Made by a program: the position numbers and the translations under genes
Assembly (NCBI GenBank): GCA_025358525.1
Contig: JANYJI010000026.1
Location: 1-39,812 of the forward strand
DNA length: 39,812 nucleotides
Direction: 5' to 3'
DNA from: Chloroflexota bacterium
GTDB taxonomy: Bacteria > Chloroflexota > Limnocylindria > Limnocylindrales > CSP1-4
Shown here: positions 32,724-39,812 of the stretch, piece by piece
Layout of the letters: each line of letters opens with the position of its first letter
How positions within the stretch are numbered: position 1 is the stretch's first letter
Notes under the pieces: generated by a model
The model's database searches: none
What the model was told of the DNA's origin: nothing
The model's input: the letters and a program-made list of their open reading frames with translations, nothing else

Positions 32724-33800
32724 TTGGGACCGAGCATGTCAAGGAAGGAGCGCATTTTGGGTGAGGACGGCGTCACCGGAAAGGCGGTCGACCTGATTGC
32801 GCCGGTCGGCGGCTTCGACGCGGCCGAGCCAACCAGTCAGCGCGAGATGATGAGGCTGGTGGCTCAGCTCTACTACGTGCGTGAGCTTGGGCAGCCCGAC
32901 ATTGCCAGCCTGACTGGATTCTCCGTATCCAAGGTCTCGCGTCTGCTGGCAGCCGCCAGGGCATCGGGCGTGGTCCACATCTCGGTGGAGGGCGTGCCCA
33001 CGGTCCCGACCCCTCTGGCTCGCGCGCTTGCCGACGCCCTCCACATCGAGGTCTGGGTAACGCCAGGCCACGAAACCGCGCCGGCCCTCGCCGCTCGGTT
33101 GTGCGGCGTGGCTGCCGCGCCTCGTTTGCTGGACGAGCTGCCGCGGGAAGGCGCCATCGGGCTGACCGGCGGCTACACGGTGGAGTCCCTAGTGAACGCG
33201 TTGCCCGCAGGATCGTTGCCCGCAGGATCACGGCCCGGGGCCGTGGTGGTGCCGCTAGTGGGCGGTTGGGACTCCAGTAACCCGCACCTAAACAGCAACG
33301 AGATAGCCCGCCACATGGCCGAACGAATCGGGGCCGGTGTGCGGCTGCTCCACGCTCCCGGCCTGCTCGACAGCGAAGCCACCACGGCGGCCCTGCTGTC
33401 CGATAGCGCCGTGACGGCCACGACGCGCTTCTGGAGCGAATTGAAGGTGGCACTCATCGGGATGAGCGGCGCACCGCGATACCTTCCCGGATACGGCACG
33501 GTCATGGACCGCCTGGATGAAGAGGGCCGTACCCGGCTTGCCGGCAAGGGTGCGGTCGGTGACGTGGCCGGCCATCTTGTTCGGCTCGACGGATCGTTCG
33601 TCCAGGATGAGTGGGAGCGCCGCACGATCTCCATCCCGATCGCGACGCTGCGGCGAGTGCCGAGGGTCGTTGGCATCGCGGCCGGTTCGAACAAGGTCGA
33701 GACGATCGTGGCAGGGGCGAGGACGGGCCTGCTCCACCTGCTCATCACGGACGAGCCCACCGCGACCGCCGCACTGGAGCTGCTGCGGAGCGGGCGCTGA
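32724..33800 (+). CDS. SorC/DeoR-type sugar-binding transcriptional regulator
   Basis: 358-aa ORF. Start uncertain: TTG 32724, ATG 32736, or TTG 32757 with GGAAGGAG 6 nt upstream. HTH MMRLVAQLYYVRELGQPDIASLTGFSVSKVSRLL followed by a sugar-bind domain. Confidence 0.85.
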   Translation: MGPSMSRKERILGEDGVTGKAVDLIAPVGGFDAAEPTSQREMMRLVAQLYYVRELGQPDIASLTGFSVSKVSRLLAAARASGVVHISVEGVPTVPTPLARALADALHIEVWVTPGHETAPALAARLCGVAAAPRLLDELPREGAIGLTGGYTVESLVNALPAGSLPAGSRPGAVVVPLVGGWDSSNPHLNSNEIARHMAERIGAGVRLLHAPGLLDSEATTAALLSDSAVTATTRFWSELKVALIGMSGAPRYLPGYGTVMDRLDEEGRTRLAGKGAVGDVAGHLVRLDGSFVQDEWERRTISIPIATLRRVPRVVGIAAGSNKVETIVAGARTGLLHLLITDEPTATAALELLRSGR

Positions 33801-33801
33801 T

Positions 33802-33857
33802 CCCACCGCATCGGTCGAGTCCCACCGCATCGGTCGAGTCCACCGCATCGGTCGGCT
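33802..33857. repeat. Tandem 19-bp direct repeat, about 3 copies
   Basis: CCCACCGCATCGGTCGAGT at 33802-33820 and 33821-33839, then a degenerate third copy CCACCGCATCGGTCGGCT at 33840-33857. It begins 2 nt after the sorC-like stop. Confidence 0.85.
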
Positions 33858-33962
33858 CCGACCTTTCGGCGGCGGTATAGTCAGCCCCGAGCCACCGGCC
33901 ACGCGGGGGCCTCACGGGGCCGAAAACCCCGCGGTTCGGGCAGTTCGCGATCGAGGGTTCGA

Positions 33963-34415
33963 ATGGCGACAGAGCGACAGGTTGCAGCGCCGAACGCACG
34001 GGCGGCGCGGAGCAGTGGCGTCTTATTCGCCGTGGCCGGCGTGGCCGCCGTCCTGGTCGGAGTCTCCTCGATCCTGACCGGAGTGCCGAGCGTGGCTCGC
34101 GACCTGGCGCCATTGAGTGGGCCCGGCGACGTCATCGCGCGCTTCGGCCAGATGGCGCCCGTTCTATCGGCAGCGTTAGCGGCTCTGGTGGCCGGTGCCA
34201 TAGCCGTCCTGCTGGCGCGGCGACGGCTGGATCCGTGGGCCGCCTCGATCGAGTTGATCGTCCTGGGCCTGGCCATCGATGTCTGCATCGGCGGCGCGAT
34301 TGGGCGCGTCGGCTATGCCGTGGACGGAACCGTCCTGGCCGCCGCGGTGGTCTGCCTGATGGGTGGCTCCTCACTGGTGGCCGGCGGCATCGTTGCGCTG
34401 CTCGGCCGTGAGTGA
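33963..34415 (+). CDS. Small integral membrane protein (about 4 TM), unknown function
   Basis: 150-aa ORF with GAGGG SD and four hydrophobic segments. Its stop is 10 nt before the Kelch gene ATG. Confidence 0.5.
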   Translation: MATERQVAAPNARAARSSGVLFAVAGVAAVLVGVSSILTGVPSVARDLAPLSGPGDVIARFGQMAPVLSAALAALVAGAIAVLLARRRLDPWAASIELIVLGLAIDVCIGGAIGRVGYAVDGTVLAAAVVCLMGGSSLVAGGIVALLGRE

Positions 34416-34425
34416 GGGCAATCGC

Positions 34426-35826
34426 ATGACGCCCCAACACGACGTCGCGCCGCGCGAGACCGGCCGAGTCGGCGGTCCAAGCGCCGCGCCCCGGCTGAGA
34501 CGCCCGGCGGAGAGCGGACCCTGGCCCATCCTGTTGATCGATGCGTTGGCGCTCTTGCTGGTGATTGCCACCGCGCCTGCGGCCTGGCTGTGGGTCGATT
34601 CGTCGCGGTCCGGCCCGGTCGTCGCGGCTGCCAGCCCATCGAATGCGCCTCAAGGCTCGGCTTCGGTCGCGATCGGCCCCAGCCGGTCCGGCGCAGGACC
34701 GATCGCCACCGACCAGTTCGGGCCATCGCTGAAGCCCGTCTTGGGCGGAGGCTCATGGTCCCGGGCCGAGTCGCTACCGCGGGCTCTATGGGGCGCCGGC
34801 AGCGCTCTTCTCAGCGACGGTCGAGTCATGGTGATCGGTGGAGCCACCGGCTCATCCAGCACCGAGGCGACGGCCACGGTCAACCTCTACGACCCGGCGA
34901 GCGGTCAATGGAGCGCAGCCACACAAATGCTCCAGCCACGCGCCTACCCGATGGTCGTTCGATTGGTAGACGGCTCAGTTCTCGTTGCGGGCGGTTCCCG
35001 TGACGGTCAGCCCCTGGACACCGCGGAGCGCTACAACCCCAACAACGGGACATGGGTTGCGGCCGGCCGCCTTAACGTGCCACGAACCCAGGGAAACCTG
35101 ATCCTGCTCCAGGATGGCCGCGCCCTGGCCACCGGCGGCGGCATCGAGGGCTCACCAGGTTGGAGTTCGACCGCATCCGTGGAGCTTTTCGATCCGACGA
35201 AGGGCGTGTGGACTATAGGTCCGCCAATGTCGGTCCCGCGGTCAAGACACACGGCCACCCTTCTACCCGGCGGGGACGTGCTCGTGGCCGGTGGGGCTAC
35301 TACTTTCCACGGCGAGCGTGGGTCGGTGACCGCTAGCGCCGAGATCTACAGTCCGCGTACGAAGTCATGGCGAGCGGCCGCCGCCATGTCCATTCCGCGC
35401 TACGTCCATCAGGCGGCGCTACTTGCCGACGGGCGAGTCCTCGTCGCCGGCGGCTGGTCGGCGACTGCCAACTCCGACGTCAGCAAGGCCTCGACCGAGG
35501 TCTACGATCCGAAGGCCGACCGATGGGCTCCGGCTGGGCACCTGGTCAATGCGCGGGCGGAGTTCGTCCTGGTTCGACTACTCGATGGTCGACTGCTGGC
35601 GCTCGCCGGCGTTGATCGCTCTTACCACCTTTTGGACTCTTCCGAGACATACGACCCCGCGGTCGGGACGTGGCAGACAACCGGGAAGCTGACGGAGTCG
35701 AAGATGTGGCCCGCGGCCGAAGTTTTGCCCGATGGCCGAGTTCTTATTGCCGGCGGTGCCACGGACGTAGGCGCCTATCATCGAACGGCCGTGGGCGAGA
35801 TCTACACCGCCGCGGCCCAATCCTGA
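34426..35826 (+). CDS. Membrane-anchored Kelch-repeat beta-propeller protein
   Basis: Internal ATG 34426; the ORF-track start 34363 overlaps the upstream gene. TM WPILLIDALALLLVIATAPAAWLWV. Seven Kelch-like blades: GRVMVIGG, GSVLVAGG, GRALATGG, GDVLVAGG, GRVLVAGG, GRLLALAG, GRVLIAGG. Confidence 0.8.
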   Translation: MTPQHDVAPRETGRVGGPSAAPRLRRPAESGPWPILLIDALALLLVIATAPAAWLWVDSSRSGPVVAAASPSNAPQGSASVAIGPSRSGAGPIATDQFGPSLKPVLGGGSWSRAESLPRALWGAGSALLSDGRVMVIGGATGSSSTEATATVNLYDPASGQWSAATQMLQPRAYPMVVRLVDGSVLVAGGSRDGQPLDTAERYNPNNGTWVAAGRLNVPRTQGNLILLQDGRALATGGGIEGSPGWSSTASVELFDPTKGVWTIGPPMSVPRSRHTATLLPGGDVLVAGGATTFHGERGSVTASAEIYSPRTKSWRAAAAMSIPRYVHQAALLADGRVLVAGGWSATANSDVSKASTEVYDPKADRWAPAGHLVNARAEFVLVRLLDGRLLALAGVDRSYHLLDSSETYDPAVGTWQTTGKLTESKMWPAAEVLPDGRVLIAGGATDVGAYHRTAVGEIYTAAAQS

Positions 35827-35839
35827 TGGCCCAACAGAG

Positions 35840-37012
35840 GTGACAGTCTCGGGCACGAGACTCCGCCTCGGCGTCGTGGGGTGTGGCGACGTCGCTCATC
35901 GGCACTATTTGCCGCCCCTTCTCGCCATGGCGGCGCGGGCGGAGATAGTTGGCTTCTGCGCTACCCGGCTCGAGGCCGCGGAACGGGCAGTCGCCGTTGT
36001 CCGCGACTCGTCTCCGAACGCCGTCGCGTTCGATCGGCTCGACGCGATGCTGGAGCGGGTCCGTCCCGATGCCGTGTTCAACCTGACGCCCGCGCCGCTC
36101 CACGCAGCGGTCAGCCGGGAGTGTCTTGCAGGCGGCGCCCACGTGTACTCGGAGAAGCCCCTGGCGTCGACGCTCGCCCAGGCCGACGGCCTCATCGCAG
36201 ATGCCCGCCAGGCCGGCCGACTGCTCATGTGCGCCCCGGCTTCGGCCGTCACGCGCCAGGTGCGCTGGCTGGCCGAGGTCATCGCCTCGGGCCGGCTCGG
36301 CCGCCCCACCCTGGCCGTGGCCCAGTACGCCAACATGGGCCCCGCCAGCTGGCGCGAGTACACCGGCGACCCGACCGTCTTCTACGGTCCGGGGGTCGGG
36401 CCGGTGTTTGACATCGGCATCTACCGGCTCCACGAATTGACCTCATTACTGGGGCCGGTTCGGCGGGTTCAGGCGATGGGCGCGATCGCGATTCCGGAGC
36501 GGACTATCCTGGGCGGCCCGCGAGCCGGTCAGACGATGGTGGTAACGGCCCCCGACCACGTCCTGATCCACATGGAGTTCAGAAGCGGAGCGCTGGGGCA
36601 GCTGCTGTCGAGCTTTGCAGTTCCAGCGACTCAGTCGCCCTACCTGGAGGTCCACCTGAGCAGCGGAACTATTAGCCTGACTGGGGATCCGTACTCGGCC
36701 GACGGCCCGGCCAGCGTCTTTGTGCTCGGCACCGGTCCTGGGCCTGCCACTGACAAGCCCGCCACCGACAAGCCTGCCACTGCCCAAGATAATGCCGCCG
36801 CCGAGGCTTGGCATCATGGCCTGACGGCCCCACCGCCGCCGGACCACTTCCCGATCATCGGCCGTGGCGTCGAGCACTTCCTGGACTGCGTGGCCGGCCG
36901 GGAGCAACCGCTACTAACGGCCGAACACGCTCGCCACGTTCTCGAGATCGTGCTGCTGGCCTACGAGTCGATGGCCGACGGCCGGGCCAGGGCGATGAGT
37001 ACCGGGTTCTGA
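35840..37012 (+). CDS. Gfo/Idh/MocA-family oxidoreductase with low-complexity insert
   Basis: 390-aa ORF. LRLGVVGCGDVAHRHY Rossmann start, VYSEKP motif, and a PATDKPATDKPATAQD insert in the C-terminal domain. Confidence 0.85.
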   Translation: MTVSGTRLRLGVVGCGDVAHRHYLPPLLAMAARAEIVGFCATRLEAAERAVAVVRDSSPNAVAFDRLDAMLERVRPDAVFNLTPAPLHAAVSRECLAGGAHVYSEKPLASTLAQADGLIADARQAGRLLMCAPASAVTRQVRWLAEVIASGRLGRPTLAVAQYANMGPASWREYTGDPTVFYGPGVGPVFDIGIYRLHELTSLLGPVRRVQAMGAIAIPERTILGGPRAGQTMVVTAPDHVLIHMEFRSGALGQLLSSFAVPATQSPYLEVHLSSGTISLTGDPYSADGPASVFVLGTGPGPATDKPATDKPATAQDNAAAEAWHHGLTAPPPPDHFPIIGRGVEHFLDCVAGREQPLLTAEHARHVLEIVLLAYESMADGRARAMSTGF

Positions 37013-37044
37013 GGGCTGGGCGGGTAGGGAGGGCAGGGTGGGTC

Positions 37045-37530
37045 TCAGGCGCCCTTGCCAGCGTGGCTGCGGAAAGCCTGATGAACGGGCGGGCTCATCA
37101 GATACCAGAGCGTCCCGATCTCGAGCAGGAGTGACATGGTGTGGGCGCCGGAGGGGCCGCGGCCGGCGCTCAGCAGAGTCAGCACCAGGGCGGTGACAGT
37201 GAGTCCGACCCCGAGTGGCCAGGCCCATTCGCGGCGTTCCCATACTCCATAGGCAAGGACGAGCTCCAGGACCGCCATGATCACCAGCGCCAGGCCGATG
37301 GCACGCGCGACGATGGCCAGTCGGGAGCCTGGGTCGATGTCCGGGGCGCCAAACCACGCGCCAGCCCAGAGCAGTAGCGCGACCCCGATTGCGGACGCCG
37401 CCACGGCCAGCATCGAGAGGCCGATCGGCCTATGCGCCGCACCAGTTGACCGTCGAACGCCCGCGGGTGGGGGCGTTGAGTTTGGCTGGATCTGCCGATC
37501 GAAGTCCTTGGAGTGGTGCATTTGGCTCAT
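37045..37530 (-). CDS. Integral membrane protein, unknown function
   Basis: The ORF track extends to 37614. ATG 37530 (MSQMHH...) has AAGGAG 6 nt upstream. About 4 hydrophobic segments. Confidence 0.55.
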   Translation of the reverse strand: MSQMHHSKDFDRQIQPNSTPPPAGVRRSTGAAHRPIGLSMLAVAASAIGVALLLWAGAWFGAPDIDPGSRLAIVARAIGLALVIMAVLELVLAYGVWERREWAWPLGVGLTVTALVLTLLSAGRGPSGAHTMSLLLEIGTLWYLMSPPVHQAFRSHAGKGA

Positions 37531-37750
37531 CTCTGTCTCCTTGACGCCAAGTCTCCGCCGGGCTCCTGAAGTCGGCCTGTAAATCGGTTCGTGTATGGCA
37601 ATTTCGGCGGTCATTCAAGAGTGGAATCAAGCCACGCGAGCGTCTGACTTGGCCTCATCGCATGCAAACGCTGTGTAAGGGCCACGATCGATCCCGCCGG
37701 CTGAATGGGCGCTCCGGGTCGGCCAGCGATAGTCGGGCCGTGGGAATAGA

Positions 37751-38209
37751 GTGGCGGCGACCAGAGTTCGACTATTTCGGAGGGATTGGGTCAGCGTGGA
37801 CAGTCCGGACCAGACGTCGTCTCAGCCTGAGGAGGCGGCCGTCGCGAATGGTGAGAGCCTGGCACCACGTCACGCCGCCGCATCGCTGCACGCCGCGCCA
37901 GGGCAGATGGTCATGCTCGAAAGCGGCCGCCGCACCATTTTCGTGATCCAGCCGGGCCAGCGTGTCCTTGTCGGTCGCGGGCCGGGCGCGGATCTCGTCA
38001 TCTCCGATCCCCGGGTCAGCCCCGTCCATGCGCTCATCGAAAGGCGGGGTCCGGGTTGGCTTGTCACGGGTCTCGATGCCGGCAACCCGACGTGGATCCT
38101 CGACCCAACGGGCAGGCCGCATCCGGTCCCGCCTGAACTGGGTCTGCGATCGGGCACCCTTATGGTCGGCGGCTGTCTGGTGCTGCTGCATCCGCCGCAG
38201 GCTGACTAG
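37751..38209 (+). CDS. FHA-domain protein
   Basis: 152-aa ORF with a GTG start; the internal ATG at MVMLES is an alternative. VLVGRGPGADLVISDPRVSPVHALIERRGPGWLVTGLDAGNPTWI is FHA-like. Confidence 0.65.
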   Translation: MAATRVRLFRRDWVSVDSPDQTSSQPEEAAVANGESLAPRHAAASLHAAPGQMVMLESGRRTIFVIQPGQRVLVGRGPGADLVISDPRVSPVHALIERRGPGWLVTGLDAGNPTWILDPTGRPHPVPPELGLRSGTLMVGGCLVLLHPPQAD

Positions 38210-38290
38210 CCGGTCCGCGGGCCAAGGAAAGCGGGCCATATCGAGACGAAGGGACGCCAGGTCGAAACTTCGCTACGATCTCCTCGGCAC

Positions 38291-38365
38291 GGGCCGGTAG
38301 CTCAACGGTAGAGCGGGGGCCTTTTAAGCCCAAGGTTGTGGGTTCGAGCCCCACCCGGCTCACCA
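38291..38365 (+). tRNA. tRNA-Lys (anticodon UUU), CCA encoded
   Basis: Manual cloverleaf. Acceptor GGGCCGG/CCGGCTC (one G-U pair). D arm GCTC-AACGGTA-GAGC. Anticodon arm GGGGC-CTTTTAA-GCCCA with TTT at 38323-38325. T arm GTGGG-TTCGAGC-CCCAC. Discriminator A, then CCA. Confidence 0.9.
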
Positions 38366-38470
38366 AACCCCGTGCCTCAAGGAGCCCCTTTGCTCCGGTC
38401 GCGGACTTCGACAGGAGTCTCGCTCCAACGGCGGCCTTTTGGCTTGGCCTCTGCCCAGGCGAGCGGGCTC

Positions 38471-39748
38471 CTACTTGCTGAGATCCTTTACGGCGGCCAG
38501 GAGTTCGGCGTCGCCCGACGAGGCCAGCTGGGTGGTCGTCATCGACGTGAGATCGGACGGATCGGTCGGGAAGACGTTGGCGGGCATGGTCGCTTTCTCG
38601 TCGGGAGTGATGCCCACGCCGAAGATCTTGTGGCCTGATGGTGTGAGCCAGTACTCGACCCCCAAAAAGATGGCCGACCCGTCCGACAGCATGAACTTCT
38701 GCAGCACGGTGCCAGTTCCGAAAGTGGAAGCGCCCACGATCTTGGCCCGGCCAGAATCCTGCAGGGCGCCGGCGACGATTTCGGCCGAGCTGGCCGAATC
38801 GTGGTCAACGAGGACGACCATAGGCAGCTTGCTGTGGGCCTGGCTGGTGTCCACCTTGATCTCGGTTCGCTTGCCTTCCGCATCCTCCGTGATGTAGATC
38901 GTGCCGCTGGCAAGGAACTGGCTCGCCACTGCCTGCGCCTGAGCGGCGTAACCGCCGGGATTGCCGCGCAGGTCCAGGATGATTGCCGTCGCCCCTGCCT
39001 TCGTAGCCGCGTCGATCGCGACCTTGAGCTGGTTACTGGCGCCGTCGGCGAACTCGGTCAGGGCAATGTCGGCGATCTTGGTGCCTGGCACCAGTCCCCA
39101 GGCGACCATGGGCACGCTGATCACGGCCCGAGTCAGCGTGATGTCGGCCGGCGATGTGGAACCGAGATGAATCACCGTCAAGGTGACCTTGGTGCCCGCT
39201 GTGCCTCTGATCTTGGCGCTCAATTGATCGAACGTCCAACCAGCTGTGGAGGTCCCGTCGACCGCAGTGATCTGGTCACCGGCCTTGATGCCGCTTGTTT
39301 CGGCCGGAGAACCGGCGATCACCCGCACAACTTTGAGTTGCCCGGAGTTGGAGATCAGGATGCCGATGCCCGCGATCTGCGCGTTGAGTGAGGACATGAA
39401 GGCGGTGTACTGCTCGGGCGTCAGGAAGACGGTGTGGCCGGTATCGCCAAGGCTCTCGACCATACCCTTGATCGAGCCGTAGAGCAGCTGTTTGTCGGTC
39501 ACGCTGGATCGACCGACGTAGTTGCTGCGGACGACGCCGAGGGCCTGGTTGTAGAGATCGAAGTTCTGGAGCTGACCGTTCGATCCGCTCGCAATGTTCG
39601 ACCGTGGGTTGGCATTCGTCGACTGCGTAAAGGCCACCTGGTTGAAGACCATCCCGCCCGAGAAGGTGATCAAGCACAGGGCAACGACAACAAGGATCTG
39701 AGAGAGTCGGCTGGAACGGCGGCGCAGCGATGGGACGTCCCCGGACAT
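38471..39748 (-). CDS. S41-family C-terminal processing peptidase homolog with PDZ domain, membrane-anchored
   Basis: 425-aa ORF. N-terminal anchor ILVVVALCLITFSGGMV, PDZ (VVRVIAGSPAETSGIKAGDQITAVDG), S41 hallmarks ILDLRGNPGGY and VDHDSASSAEIVAGALQD. The expected TFGKG reads TFGTG. Confidence 0.85.
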   Translation of the reverse strand: MSGDVPSLRRRSSRLSQILVVVALCLITFSGGMVFNQVAFTQSTNANPRSNIASGSNGQLQNFDLYNQALGVVRSNYVGRSSVTDKQLLYGSIKGMVESLGDTGHTVFLTPEQYTAFMSSLNAQIAGIGILISNSGQLKVVRVIAGSPAETSGIKAGDQITAVDGTSTAGWTFDQLSAKIRGTAGTKVTLTVIHLGSTSPADITLTRAVISVPMVAWGLVPGTKIADIALTEFADGASNQLKVAIDAATKAGATAIILDLRGNPGGYAAQAQAVASQFLASGTIYITEDAEGKRTEIKVDTSQAHSKLPMVVLVDHDSASSAEIVAGALQDSGRAKIVGASTFGTGTVLQKFMLSDGSAIFLGVEYWLTPSGHKIFGVGITPDEKATMPANVFPTDPSDLTSMTTTQLASSGDAELLAAVKDLSK

Positions 39749-39812
39749 TGGGCGAGGTGGGTTTGTCGGCCAGCCCTGGCTCGGCTGGCCCGGTTGCCAG
39801 CCCGGGTGAGGT

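Noticed and set aside
38291-38470. tRNA-Lys as an integration site for a genomic island or prophage
   Set aside because: No integrase, excisionase or phage-like genes lie on either side. I noticed no direct repeat of the tRNA 3' end in the window.

Overview
GC-rich (about two-thirds G+C by eye), gene-dense bacterial chromosomal window with about 40 protein genes and one tRNA-Lys(UUU). I saw no rRNA, CRISPR array, transposase or integrase. The gene content (F420-type LLM oxidoreductase, a Tat signal, T/P/A-rich linkers on exported proteins, several ECF sigma factors) suggests an Actinomycetota- or Chloroflexota-like lineage, but that is inference only. Layout: (1) 1-12.4 kb is a carbohydrate-catabolic locus. 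It has divergent operons: SDR, MmsA-type aldehyde dehydrogenase and 3-hydroxyacyl-CoA dehydrogenase on the minus strand; cupin and a split transketolase on the plus strand. These are followed by a CUT2-like ABC importer with two separate single-domain ATPases, an MBL-fold lactonase-like hydrolase and a LacI regulator. (2) 12.6-21.7 kb holds a DUF4331 gene coupled to a small Tat-signal protein, an ECF sigma factor, a VanW-family protein and assorted oxidoreductases. (3) 21.7-29.7 kb is an envelope-sensing region with two ECF sigma genes, each translationally coupled to a single-pass membrane protein carrying an extracytoplasmic beta-propeller (PD40-like; BNR/Asp-box). It also holds a secreted helical protein, an orphan beta-class DNA methyltransferase, and DUF309 and DUF2203 genes. 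(4) 29.7-33.8 kb is a mannose-family PTS with separate IIA and IIB, a fused IIC-IID, and a divergent SorC regulator. (5) 33.9-39.8 kb holds a membrane protein, a Kelch propeller and an oxidoreductase as one operon, then an FHA protein, tRNA-Lys and an S41 peptidase. The best leads are the DUF4331/Tat-partner module, the sigma-coupled beta-propeller proteins (one has no recognisable anti-sigma domain), the inverted PTS fusion architecture, the duplicated ABC ATPases with one degenerate H-loop, an S41 peptidase lacking the canonical catalytic lysine, and a perfect 19-bp inverted repeat in a 430-bp divergent intergenic region. No candidate could be established as a new system from sequence alone. 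All family assignments come from motif recognition by eye, not from database searches.
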